A DNA stretch of 64,000 nt from an uncultured cyanobacterium (GTDB taxonomy: Bacteria > Cyanobacteriota > Cyanobacteriia > Leptolyngbyales > Leptolyngbyaceae). Both the position numbers and the translations under genes were made by a program. Positions 18,723 through 29,679 of this stretch are shown in pieces (positions within the stretch are counted from its first letter, which is position 1; each line of letters begins with the position of its first letter). The notes under the pieces are model-generated. The model did no database searches. It saw only the letters and a program-made list of their open reading frames with translations, and had not been told where the DNA came from. Location: positions 64,001-128,000 of the forward strand of contig CAVYAN010000061.1 of the NCBI GenBank assembly GCA_963766075.1. Direction: 5' to 3'.

Positions 18723-20396
18723 ATGCCCATTCCCTCCTCCTTCGATGTCCTGGTCATTGGCGCAGGTGCGGCGGGGCTATACACAGCTCTGTGTTTGCCG
18801 AGCCATTTCCAAGTGGGCTTGGTCACCAAAGACACGCTGAATCTTTCAGCCAGCGACTGGGCTCAGGGGGGGATCGCGGCAGTCGTGGCACCGGATGACT
18901 CGACGAATTTACATATTCAAGACACCTTGCAAGCAGGAGCGGGCCTCTGCGATCCGCCGGCGGTGAAATTTCTAGTCGAGAATGCCGCCCGCTGCATTGC
19001 CGATTTAGTCAATATGGGCGTGGGTTTTGATCGCCATGAGGGAGCCCTGGCCCTTACCCTAGAAGCAGCCCATTCTCGCCGTCGTGTGCTCCATGCGGCG
19101 GACACCACCGGGCGAGCTGTGGTCAGTGCCCTGGCTGAACAGGTGCTGCATCGCCCGAATATTCACGTCATTTCCCAAGCCCTCACCCTCGATCTGTGGC
19201 TGGATACATCTGGCCATTGCCAGGGAGTCAGTGTGAGCTATCAAGGCCATCTGGTTTGGCTGCGGGCCGGAGCAGTGATTTTGGCGACGGGGGGTGGGGG
19301 GCAGGTGTTTGCCCAGACTACGAACCCGAGTCTCAGCACGGGGGATGGTGTCGCGATCGCCCACCGGGCTGGGGCGATCGTCCGAGATCTGGAGTTTGTC
19401 CAGTTTCATCCCACCGCGTTGACCCAGGTGGGAGCGCCCCGCTTTCTGATTAGCGAAGCGGTGCGGGGCGAAGGCGCTCACCTCGTCGATGCCACAGGCA
19501 GACGGTTTGCCTTTGATTACCACCCTGACGGCGAGCTGGCTCCTCGGGATATCGTGAGTCGGTCTATTTTTCGCTATTTGCAATCCATCCATGCTGACCC
19601 AGCTACGGGACATGTCTATTTAGATCTGCGGGCGATCGCCCCAGACCGGATCCGCTATCGCTTTCCCAACATCATCCAGATTTGTCAGCAGTGGGGCATT
19701 GATGTCTTCACGCAGCCAATTCCCGTCGCTCCGGCGGCCCATTATTGGATGGGTGGCATCGCTACGGATCTGCACAACCAGACCTCGATTCCTGGCCTCT
19801 ATGCCGTGGGTGAAACTGCCAGCACTGGCGTCCATGGGGCCAATCGGTTGGCTAGTAATTCTCTGCTGGAATGTATTGTGTTTGGCTCACAGTTTGCCAA
19901 CTTGGTCAAAAACCATCCCGATGGCACCGACCCAGTGCCATTTCCGACTATGCCTTTGGAGGCAATGCCTGCGCCAATATCCACGCAACTCCACATGGCT
20001 GACCTCGCGGAAATTCAGCAGATACGCCACGTCCTGCCGCGCCTCCTCTGGCAAAGTGCCGGAATTTGCCGGGAGGGCGTGGTGATGGCCGAGGCGATCG
20101 CCCAAGTCCACCGCTGGCAAACGCACTTCCAGGCCCTCTCGATCAGCCAGATTCTGGAGAACTTATCCCCTGGAGAAAATATAAAGCTAGGCCTACCCGC
20201 CGCCGATCTGAGGCTTTGGGCCGAAACCCGCAATTTGCTGGCGATCGCCGGACTCATTCTCAAAAGCGCCCAATACCGAACCGAAAGCCGGGGTGGCCAC
20301 TATCGTACCGACTACCCCGCCACCGATCCCGCCTGGGCCGTCCACACGATTGTCGAACGTCACCAGTGGTCCACATTACCCATTCCCCCGGCATAG
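18723..20396 (+). CDS. nadB: L-aspartate oxidase
   Basis: VIGAGAAGL, SDWAQGGIAA, LEAAHSRRRVLH, EFVQFHPT, ISEAVRGEG, ELAPRD, GVHGANRLASNSLLE, ESRGGHYR. Confidence 0.97.
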   Translation: MPIPSSFDVLVIGAGAAGLYTALCLPSHFQVGLVTKDTLNLSASDWAQGGIAAVVAPDDSTNLHIQDTLQAGAGLCDPPAVKFLVENAARCIADLVNMGVGFDRHEGALALTLEAAHSRRRVLHAADTTGRAVVSALAEQVLHRPNIHVISQALTLDLWLDTSGHCQGVSVSYQGHLVWLRAGAVILATGGGGQVFAQTTNPSLSTGDGVAIAHRAGAIVRDLEFVQFHPTALTQVGAPRFLISEAVRGEGAHLVDATGRRFAFDYHPDGELAPRDIVSRSIFRYLQSIHADPATGHVYLDLRAIAPDRIRYRFPNIIQICQQWGIDVFTQPIPVAPAAHYWMGGIATDLHNQTSIPGLYAVGETASTGVHGANRLASNSLLECIVFGSQFANLVKNHPDGTDPVPFPTMPLEAMPAPISTQLHMADLAEIQQIRHVLPRLLWQSAGICREGVVMAEAIAQVHRWQTHFQALSISQILENLSPGENIKLGLPAADLRLWAETRNLLAIAGLILKSAQYRTESRGGHYRTDYPATDPAWAVHTIVERHQWSTLPIPPA

Positions 20397-20528
20397 CGCC
20401 CGCTAGGGATGGGCCTACCCCCGATGGTGAAAACAAAATTGCGGATCAACCAAAAGGGAGTGGAATGGTCGCCAAAACACAGCCGATTCCACTCCTGAGG
20501 GTCTTGATTGATGCCCTAATGCCGCGTT

Positions 20529-21527
<999 letters not shown>

Positions 21528-21609
21528 TCAATAGCTAATATTAATCCTGAAGGAAATATTAATCCGAATTGAAGGATCCGTCTAAACGCGTCTAAATACC
21601 AGGATGAAG

Positions 21610-21642
21610 ATTCGGAAAGGCGACTTTTGAGGCTTTCCGAAT
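21610..21642. terminator. Stem-loop between gmd and fcl
   Basis: ATTCGGAAAG/CTTTCCGAAT perfect 10-bp inverted repeat. Confidence 0.45.
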
Positions 21643-21679
21643 GGGCTTATCCCTGAGCGATCATCCTGGTACAACGCCT

Positions 21680-22756
21680 CTAGGCCATGGGTCCAACAGC
21701 TTGCCGAATGGTAGCGATGTCTGTCACGGGTTGGACAACATGGCCATTGAGAGGCACTAGACCTTGGCCCTTGAGGTCTGCTTCTACCATCAGGTGCACC
21801 AATTCTTTGAAGGATACCGAAGGCTCCCAGCCCAATTTCTGACGGGCTTTGGTCGGGTCGCCAATCAGCAATTCTACTTCCGCCGGACGCAGATACCGCT
21901 CGTCAAACTCAACGTAATTTTCCCAATTCAGGTTGACATAGCCAAAGGCTACATCTAGGAACTCCCGGATGGAATAGGTTTCGCCCGTGGCCACGACATA
22001 GTCATCGGGTTGATCCTGTTGCAGCATGAGCCACATCGCCCGCACATAGTCCTTGGCATAGCCCCAATCCCGTTTGGAATCCAGGTTTCCCATATAGAGC
22101 TTTTTCTGCTGTCCAGCCACAATCCGGGCCAGGGCGCGGGTGACTTTACGGGTGACAAAGGTTTCGCCACGGCGCGGGGATTCATGGTTAAACAAGATAC
22201 CGTTACAGGCGAACAATCCGTAGGATTCCCGGTAGTTGACGGTTTGCCAGTGGGCGTAGACCTTAGCACAGGCGTAGGGACTCCGAGGGTAAAAGGGTGT
22301 GGTTTCCTTTTGAGGCACTTCCTGGACTAAACCGAACATTTCTGAGGAACCGGCTTGGTAAAACTTCACTTCTGAGCCTGTCCGGCGCTGATATTCGCGA
22401 ATGGCTTCTAGTAAGTGCAAAGTACCCATGCCGACGCAATCTACCGTGTATTCGGGAGAGTCAAAGCTGACGCGCACATGGGATTGAGCGCCTAGGTTAT
22501 AGATTTCGTGAGGTTGTACTTCCTCAATAATCCGGCGTAGATTACCACCATCGGTTAGATCACCATAGTGCAAAAACAGGCGGGCTCCCGCTTCGTGGGG
22601 GTCTTCATACATGTGGTCGATGCGATCGGTGTTAAACGTGGAGGTACGTCGAATGATGCCGTGGACCTCATAACCATTTTCTAGAAGCAGTTCACTGAGA
22701 TAAGACCCATCCTGTCCGGTAATCCCTGTAATCAACGCCCGTTTCTGCTGTGTCAT
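21680..22756 (-). CDS. gmd: GDP-mannose 4,6-dehydratase
   Basis: [64 protein letters not shown]. Confidence 0.97.
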   Translation of the reverse strand: MTQQKRALITGITGQDGSYLSELLLENGYEVHGIIRRTSTFNTDRIDHMYEDPHEAGARLFLHYGDLTDGGNLRRIIEEVQPHEIYNLGAQSHVRVSFDSPEYTVDCVGMGTLHLLEAIREYQRRTGSEVKFYQAGSSEMFGLVQEVPQKETTPFYPRSPYACAKVYAHWQTVNYRESYGLFACNGILFNHESPRRGETFVTRKVTRALARIVAGQQKKLYMGNLDSKRDWGYAKDYVRAMWLMLQQDQPDDYVVATGETYSIREFLDVAFGYVNLNWENYVEFDERYLRPAEVELLIGDPTKARQKLGWEPSVSFKELVHLMVEADLKGQGLVPLNGHVVQPVTDIATIRQAVGPMA

Positions 22757-23064
22757 GCTCAAATTTCCTAACTGTGGTATGTCTAAAAGGGAGCGAATTT
22801 GCCTCATCAACTCAGGCGATCTGCCTAGGCAGAGGGGGCCATGCCGCTAGCGACAAATGCTCATGGAAAGCACGCCCGTTAATTTGAGCCTATCGCAATT
22901 GTCCCTATAGTCTTAGCTTGAAATTACAGGAATAATCTATGGATTCCTACCTTATCCCTGTAAAGATTGGGTCAAGATTAGGTGAAAATATGGAGGGCAC
23001 TTTTGGGATCACCCTTCCCGGTACAATAAATAAACCAAATAATTCGTTAACTATCAACAATCGC

Positions 23065-23604
23065 ATGGATATCTTGGAGTTTTTTCAACTGAACAGTGGC
23101 AAATGGTTCTCGCAGCGTACTAGTCACCATCTGGCATTGAATAAGTCGGAAAGCGGCAAGTCCGATATCCAAATTGATCTCCTGGCAGCCACAGATGACG
23201 GAGTGATACAACTTTGTCATCTGCATGATATTGATCCGGCTTTGGCTGTGCTCGGGATGAAAACCACCTGGACCGGAATGATGGATCAGGATACCAAGAA
23301 GACGACGGGATCGAGTCTATTGGTACTGATCCCCACTGCTACTACTCCCCATGCAGGTCAGTTACTCCAGAGTCAAACGGTGATCGGTAAGCCACCCACG
23401 GGGACGATCGCCCATTACAGCTTAGGCAGTGATCAGGTACTGACGGTGATGACCCAATCGGACACGTTATATTCTGATGAGCGTATTTGGTTCGCTGGAT
23501 CTAATTTGCGCCTGCGTAGTAGCAAAGTGAAGCGATCGGGAGGCTTTGAAATCGCATCCTTTTGCTCAGAAATCCGCATGGGCGGTATGCCTACGACACC
23601 CTAA
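23065..23604 (+). CDS. CpcS/CpeS (CpcU-like) phycobiliprotein lyase
   Basis: EFFQ...GKWFSQRTSHH, ERIWF...NLRLR.S, ASFCSEIR motifs; ATG at 23065. Confidence 0.88.
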   Translation: MDILEFFQLNSGKWFSQRTSHHLALNKSESGKSDIQIDLLAATDDGVIQLCHLHDIDPALAVLGMKTTWTGMMDQDTKKTTGSSLLVLIPTATTPHAGQLLQSQTVIGKPPTGTIAHYSLGSDQVLTVMTQSDTLYSDERIWFAGSNLRLRSSKVKRSGGFEIASFCSEIRMGGMPTTP

Positions 23605-23640
23605 GAATTTCTTCAAATAATTTTCTCGCGGGTTGGGACC

Positions 23641-25131
23641 CTACTCCGCCCGCTCAGAATCATCTGGTGGAGCCGGAGAGACGGTATCGTCTGGAGCTGC
23701 TGTTGCCCCATCGGGAAGGGCGACGGATTTCAGCTTGGCGTAGAAGTCTGATGCATTTGCCCTGGGTGTAAATTGGTGGATCAGGCTTTGTCCGGTCTTG
23801 TCGCTCGGGTAGTCTGCGCTGCTGGAATGGTCTGTGTGGCTGGAATAACCTGTTGAGGTCGTGACGAATCGGGCGACGGGTGAGGATGCCGACGATGATG
23901 GATGCGGCAATTGCTCCGGTGGTCTTGCGTCTATTGGCGCGCCGATGACCGCGCCACCAGTGGTCATCGGCGGTGGAGTCACCAGTGGAGAAGTCATTGG
24001 CGGCGCGTTGGAGTTAAGCTCTTCTGCGAGTATTTTGGATCCCAACGCCTCTGCTCCCGATAATTCGGGTCCTGATGCCTCGGACAATTGGGGTGTTGAC
24101 CCATTTTCTTGGGGGCTGGTCACTAACGGGTGCTCAGTCTTTGGCCGTTCTGCCTCTGCTTCCGGCGTTGCCATTAAAGGCTGAGTCAATGCCGGAGTGA
24201 TTTCCGGTTCTGCTGCTTCCATGCTGGACTCTGTCATCGTTGCCCTGGATGCAGCGACATCCAGGGTTTGTGTCTCTGGGGTCTGTGTCTCTGGGGTTTG
24301 TGCCTCTGGCAGTGCAGGCAGTTCTTGCTTGGGACCATTCTGTTTGGATAGCAGGCCCCGCATGGTTTCTAAAAATTGCCGCCGCCCTTCTTCGGTGCGT
24401 AGGTTGTAGGAACCCACTTGGGATGAGGGGATGGACTGAGTTGTAGGGCGCACGGGTAAGGGGACTAGATTGTCCACAGCCAGGGGCTGCTGCATGGGCG
24501 ATTGCTTTGGGGAGGGCGTTAGAGGCTCTAGGTAGGGCAATTTCAGTGCACTGGGCAGAGGGTGAGGGGACGTTTTGGCGATGGCTGACGTGTTGTGTTC
24601 GGGGTCCGTGCCCTGCTCAACGGTTCGGTCTGGGGCGGCGGGGGCATCTGAGTCTTTTAGAGAAGCATCTGGCGTCCGATCAGACGTTGGGGCGGCGGCT
24701 CCCAAGGGCACTAGGCTTTGACTAGAGAAGGGTCGGGGAGTGGCTCTGGGGGGCCGCCCGCCTAATCCACTGCTTAACCCACGCCCTAGACTTAGACCAC
24801 TGCCCAGTGTGCTGAAGCGAGAGGGCATGGCCCGAGGCAATTTGCTGCAAACCATGCGATCGAAATCAAGGTTAAAGTGCGGCACGGGCTCTCCACGCCG
24901 TCGCCAAAAGGATAAAATCTGTTCAACCGAAACGGATTTATAACGGCCTTGATAGAGGGCCTCGACCACGGCCAACCGCACCCACTCTGTTGGATACAGG
25001 GTTAGCCAGCGAGACAACAGTTGATCCGGCATGTAGCCGCCTACTTCAAAGCTGTAGAGCCGCAGTAAATTTTCTGCACAGATAGCCGCATCCTGCTGGA
25101 GATTCCCTAATTCATTGTTTCGCTCTGTCAT
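23641..25131 (-). CDS. ftn6: Cell-division protein Ftn6-like (N-terminal DnaD-like domain, long low-complexity tail)
   Basis: YP.EWVRLAVVEALYQGRYKSVSVEQILSFWRRRG resembles the DnaD-like N-domain of Ftn6; C-terminal IHQFTP...DFYAKLKSVA. Confidence 0.75.
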   Translation of the reverse strand: MTERNNELGNLQQDAAICAENLLRLYSFEVGGYMPDQLLSRWLTLYPTEWVRLAVVEALYQGRYKSVSVEQILSFWRRRGEPVPHFNLDFDRMVCSKLPRAMPSRFSTLGSGLSLGRGLSSGLGGRPPRATPRPFSSQSLVPLGAAAPTSDRTPDASLKDSDAPAAPDRTVEQGTDPEHNTSAIAKTSPHPLPSALKLPYLEPLTPSPKQSPMQQPLAVDNLVPLPVRPTTQSIPSSQVGSYNLRTEEGRRQFLETMRGLLSKQNGPKQELPALPEAQTPETQTPETQTLDVAASRATMTESSMEAAEPEITPALTQPLMATPEAEAERPKTEHPLVTSPQENGSTPQLSEASGPELSGAEALGSKILAEELNSNAPPMTSPLVTPPPMTTGGAVIGAPIDARPPEQLPHPSSSASSPVARFVTTSTGYSSHTDHSSSADYPSDKTGQSLIHQFTPRANASDFYAKLKSVALPDGATAAPDDTVSPAPPDDSERAE

Positions 25132-25315
25132 ACGCCCTCGCTGCGGCAGGAAATTCCGTAATCCTGAACTCCATCCATGATTACTAATATGACTTGCCAG
25201 TCTTAATGCTGCTATTACTGATAGCTTTCATGCTACACAGGGAATCGGGATTGTCCACTTTTTTCTGAAGAAGAATCCGATTCAGGACCTGTAGCTGCTT
25301 GATGCAGTCGCCGCT

Positions 25316-27556
25316 TTATTCAGTACCTCGGCGAATTCCCCCTTCTACAGCGGTAATGCCCGACCCGGCAAAGGGTTCTGTTCCCCCGTCCCAGTTAAAA
25401 TCACTAATGCGCAACCCAATCGAACCGATTGACAGCACTGGATTGTAGCGCAGGGTAATGCCATAGGCCCGACGACTGTATTCCAAAATGTAATCTGTAC
25501 TAATGGCTTCGTTCGTATCCAGGTTATAGGAGGATTGAAACCCTACCCGCAGTGGACCATAAATCTGTTGGGTCAGCCCAATGCCCAGGGTGCGGTTATC
25601 GGCAGTGCGATCGAAGAAAAAGGGCGACTCTCCAGCACCCACCACTTGGCTATAGGTGAGGCTGAAGGCGGTGTAGTCTAGAACCGATCGCGAAAAATGA
25701 CCGAACTGGCCGTACAGCCCCACACTGGCCGTCAAATTATTTTGCGTATCGCCGTTACTGTAGGAACTCAACACCCCTTCCAGGCGCGTGCCGATGGAAA
25801 GATAGGGTTGGACAGGCTGGGGAGTATAGCGCAGTCCCTCTGTGGGGGTCGGGGGTAGCGCGCTGCCTTGCCACAGCAGAAATCCTCGGCTCAGGGCGGC
25901 ACTGGCTTGTAAACGGCTGAGATTGGTGCGGTTGTTGGTGCGGTTGCTGGACAGGAGATCCGTGCGATCGCTGTCGGCGGTGATGTTTTGGAAGGCGGCT
26001 TGGTAGCTGAGGTTAATGCCCGTGTTGCCAAGGGTAATTACAGGAGAGGTGAGAACCGCCCCGAGGCTGCTTTGGACGGTTTGGAAGCCAAGGGATCCGT
26101 TGAACAGGCGATCGCGGTAGCTGTACTCTAGGCCCAGGGAATGCGTCCCCACTAGCTGCTGAGCACGCAAACTAGCCCGCAGGTTATCCTCGACGCGGTC
26201 AAAGTCCAGGCTCGTCATCACCAGCTTGCCCGCCAGACGGGTACGGTCCCCCAAGTTAGCCTGTAACTCCGACCGAAATCCAAAATTTCCCAGGCTCACA
26301 GGGTTGGTACTATCCGTTATCGCCCGCTGCAAAAAATATTGCGGTGTAATTGACAGGCGCACGCGATCCGTAGCGATCGGTTCAAAGGTCCGCTGCAGGA
26401 AAAATCCGCCTCGCTCTTCTCCATCAAACCCAAAACTCACGAGGGGGGGTTGCCGCTGCTCGCGATCCAGAACGACGCGAGAAATTAAGGGGATAGATAC
26501 CCGCTGATCAAACACTAGGCGTGGGCGGGTGGCCACAATTTCATCCCGAAGTGGCGATATGCGGGTTAACCGAGCGCGCTCGGCCTTGAGCACCAGTTCC
26601 GGCGGGGAGAATGGATCATTGGTGATTTTGATGTTTTCTGCGACCCAGCCGTCCGGTGTAAAGTCCAATTTATCGGCTTCAAATCGCAATCGCCTGACCT
26701 GCCCCCCCTGGGGTGGGGCTCCGGGCAGGCGCGATGCATCCCGGCCCACACCAGCCGCCACGAAAATACCGCCTGTACTGCTGCCCACTCGGGTGGGCTG
26801 ATTTGCCGTGATGCGATCGCTAGCGGGAGGCGTTAATACTGTACCCAGTGGCCCGGTGGGAAAGCTCAAATCACGGCCCGCTGTGGGCGTAAAAATCTCG
26901 CCGCTGGCCTGTTGGACCGTGCCGTCCCCTTGGACAAAGTTGTACTCTAAACGCTGTCCGCGCAATACCTGATCGCCCCGAGTTAGGGCCGCATTGCCCT
27001 CGGCAACGGCAAACCGATTCAGGAGGTTGACCTGCAAACGATCGGCATCCAGCAACGATTCCCGAAACCGCATCTTTACGGCTCCTGTTGCCGTAAAGAT
27101 GCGACGCTGCTCATCATACTCTTGGCGATCCGCCATCAGTTCCAGCACGCTAAAGGTGCCCGATGGGGATGTGCTCGATGGGGATGTAACAGGCGCAGCT
27201 CCTGGGGTGCCAGCGGGCGGAACTGGCGTGGTTTCTGTTCCCGGAATGGCCTGTCCCACCCGCAGCGATGCAGTCGACCCCCGCCCCGGTAACGCGATCG
27301 GCGCGGGCGAAAACATTATGGGCGAGAGCCTTTCTGCCGGGTCAGGCTGCGCTAAAGCGGCTGCTCCCAAGCGCTTGGCAGGGTCTGCAACAGTCCCCGT
27401 AGTCCCTACAGCGGATGGCAGGCATTGCCCATTTTTAACAGATCCGCTTTTAATAGGCCCGCTTTCAGCAAGTCCACTGGCAGTAAGCCCACCTTGAAGA
27501 CAAAGGGGAGATACCATCGCAGCAGGCGGCAAAGCAGGAGGAGCCGAATAGGGCAT
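25316..27556 (-). CDS. DUF3769 / LptD(OstA)-like outer-membrane protein
   Basis: LMADRQEYD...FTA.G.V.MRF...L.ADRLQVNL, RLRFEA, ITNDPFSPPEL, YRDRLFNGSLGFQTVQSS.G, LEYSRR.YG..LRYNP; downstream of psbI. Confidence 0.85.
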   Translation of the reverse strand: MPYSAPPALPPAAMVSPLCLQGGLTASGLAESGPIKSGSVKNGQCLPSAVGTTGTVADPAKRLGAAALAQPDPAERLSPIMFSPAPIALPGRGSTASLRVGQAIPGTETTPVPPAGTPGAAPVTSPSSTSPSGTFSVLELMADRQEYDEQRRIFTATGAVKMRFRESLLDADRLQVNLLNRFAVAEGNAALTRGDQVLRGQRLEYNFVQGDGTVQQASGEIFTPTAGRDLSFPTGPLGTVLTPPASDRITANQPTRVGSSTGGIFVAAGVGRDASRLPGAPPQGGQVRRLRFEADKLDFTPDGWVAENIKITNDPFSPPELVLKAERARLTRISPLRDEIVATRPRLVFDQRVSIPLISRVVLDREQRQPPLVSFGFDGEERGGFFLQRTFEPIATDRVRLSITPQYFLQRAITDSTNPVSLGNFGFRSELQANLGDRTRLAGKLVMTSLDFDRVEDNLRASLRAQQLVGTHSLGLEYSYRDRLFNGSLGFQTVQSSLGAVLTSPVITLGNTGINLSYQAAFQNITADSDRTDLLSSNRTNNRTNLSRLQASAALSRGFLLWQGSALPPTPTEGLRYTPQPVQPYLSIGTRLEGVLSSYSNGDTQNNLTASVGLYGQFGHFSRSVLDYTAFSLTYSQVVGAGESPFFFDRTADNRTLGIGLTQQIYGPLRVGFQSSYNLDTNEAISTDYILEYSRRAYGITLRYNPVLSIGSIGLRISDFNWDGGTEPFAGSGITAVEGGIRRGTE

Positions 27557-27655
27557 AGGGCGTAAACAAACCGAGTGCATCTCAGAAAAAACAAATCCAG
27601 GGGCAGTTCAGCGAGCCACCCCTGGACCCAACTTGTACGGCGCTGCCGTTGAAAA

Positions 27656-27772
27656 CTATTCCAGGTCTTTGCGCCCGGGGTTACGAGCCGGGTCACCGGA
27701 TAAAAAGCCGAAAATAAACAGCGAGGCAAAAAATGTCACCACGATATAAACCACGATTTTGAGGGTCAGCAT
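27656..27772 (-). CDS. psbI: Photosystem II reaction centre protein I (38 aa; absent from the ORF track)
   Basis: Manual translation: [42 protein letters not shown] upstream. Confidence 0.97.
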   Translation of the reverse strand: MLTLKIVVYIVVTFFASLFIFGFLSGDPARNPGRKDLE

Positions 27773-28339
27773 AATTTAAGGACTCCAGAGGATATCAAAC
27801 TCCAGCGGATTGACGGTTTGCCAAACGCGCCGCGATCGCTTTTCTCAATAATACAGAAATGCTGGTCTCTTTTTGAGCCTGGAGCGCCGACTTCTCTAAG
27901 GATCCTCCTGGCTGATGCCCCATTCGTAGCCGCACCCTTAAGATTCTTGATCTTAGATTCCTGATTACGCGGACGCGAGTTTCCACAAAACGTTCCCTGC
28001 GCTATTCGTGCCCCCACGAGGGCATCTGGGCCGAGAAGCGCCCCGCTAAGCCTGCAATGGGTCTAAAACGCCAGACGGCTAAAACGCCAGACGGCCGACT
28101 CACCCGACGTGCAGATTTCCCCTGTTTGGAGATTTTTCTCTCTGTGCCATGCCAACCCTCCCAGGGAAAACTATATACATCGGTAAAGATTCAGTGAATC
28201 TCCCGGGCTTTCCTAGGGCAATACTAGCAATTTTACTGATGCTGATTACAGCAGGGCGGAATCCAGTCTATGTTGCCAACATTCGGGAATAGGCAGAGGC
28301 TCATTTCTGTTCCTGACTTTTTCAGTTTGTTCAGAACTT

Positions 28340-29593
28340 ATGCCGTATCCCATGTTTGATCGCTTCGCTACCCTGGCCCCCGTTCCTATTTCTCCAGTGG
28401 AAAATTCGGCCTATCGCTTTGGATTTATCCTGAGCGCGGTCATGGGCAACCAGACTCGCTATATCAACTTCCGGAAATATGCGGAGCGCGATCCCGAGGT
28501 GGATCTCGTCTGGGCACCCATTACCCACTACATTCCCCCCGGTGAATTCAACCCATTCCGGTGGCTGCCTGGGCCTCTTCAGACCCGTGCCGTGGCCCTT
28601 TATCAGACATGGCCTGTTTTGCGACAAATGGGCCAGTTGGATGGCGTGATGATTCACCTCTTTGAAGCCGTAGTGTTTTCTAGCCTGCGCACCCTGATTT
28701 GTCAGCGACCCATTATTGTCAACAATCACGACGATCCGCCCATTGTCAATCCCGCTACCTATCCCCTCTATGCCCGCCATCTGCAAAAAAGCCCCTGGCG
28801 GCAGCAGTTGCGTTTAGGCATTGATCGCTGGTGTGCCCACCACACGGATTTATTGATCCCCTGGTCTAACTGGGCTGCGGATATTTATACCCAGGGCTGT
28901 GGGGTGCCTGAGGCTCGGGTTCATCCGATTCATGTTGGTGTTGATTTGGAATTGTGGCAGCCTGTGACCAAGTCCTTTGACTCCTCGAAAAAGCCCAAGC
29001 TGCTCTTTGTGGGGGGCGAGTTTGAGCGCAAAGGTGGAGCCATCCTCCTGGATGTATTTCAGCAGCGGTTTGGCGATCGCGCGGAACTCCATCTTGTGAC
29101 CAAATCTGCCCCTTCCGATCTCCCCGCCAATGTGATCGTGCATGCAGATTTCTCTCCCAACGACCCGCGCCTCACCGCCCTCTACGCGGCGGCGGATATT
29201 TTTGTGCTACCCACCCGCGCGGATCTGTCATCCTTTGCTTCCCTGGAGGCCATGGCCTCTTCCTGCCCCGTTATCGCTACCCCCGTTGGCGGCATTCCTG
29301 ACCTTGTCCGCCACGGTGAAACCGGCCTCTTAGTGCCTCCCAATGATGCCACGGCCTTGGCCCATGCCCTGGAGGCTCTCGTAGACAATCCCAGTCATCG
29401 ACGGCGTCTGGGATTGGCAGGTCGCCAAGTCGTTGAGCAGGACTTCAGTGCTGCCGTGAATACGCCCCGGATTCTCACACTGATGAAACAAGCTGTAGAT
29501 GCACGGCGGTTAGGGCGAACGCGGCATTCCCAGGCAACTTCCGCCTCCTGGACATCAGTTCGGCCCATTGTCGGGCACCCTGCGAGGCGCTAG
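28340..29593 (+). CDS. Glycosyltransferase family 4
   Basis: LLFVGGEFERKGG, YAAADIFVLPT...LEAMASSCPVIAT.VGGIPD.V..GETG.LVPP.D. Confidence 0.9.
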   Translation: MPYPMFDRFATLAPVPISPVENSAYRFGFILSAVMGNQTRYINFRKYAERDPEVDLVWAPITHYIPPGEFNPFRWLPGPLQTRAVALYQTWPVLRQMGQLDGVMIHLFEAVVFSSLRTLICQRPIIVNNHDDPPIVNPATYPLYARHLQKSPWRQQLRLGIDRWCAHHTDLLIPWSNWAADIYTQGCGVPEARVHPIHVGVDLELWQPVTKSFDSSKKPKLLFVGGEFERKGGAILLDVFQQRFGDRAELHLVTKSAPSDLPANVIVHADFSPNDPRLTALYAAADIFVLPTRADLSSFASLEAMASSCPVIATPVGGIPDLVRHGETGLLVPPNDATALAHALEALVDNPSHRRRLGLAGRQVVEQDFSAAVNTPRILTLMKQAVDARRLGRTRHSQATSASWTSVRPIVGHPARR

Positions 29594-29679
29594 GTGAAGA
29601 GACTGACCTGGAGCGCTGGCGTCTACGCTGCCGTCTTTCGGAACTGAAGTTCACTCAATTTTCCGTTCTTCTTTGCCTG

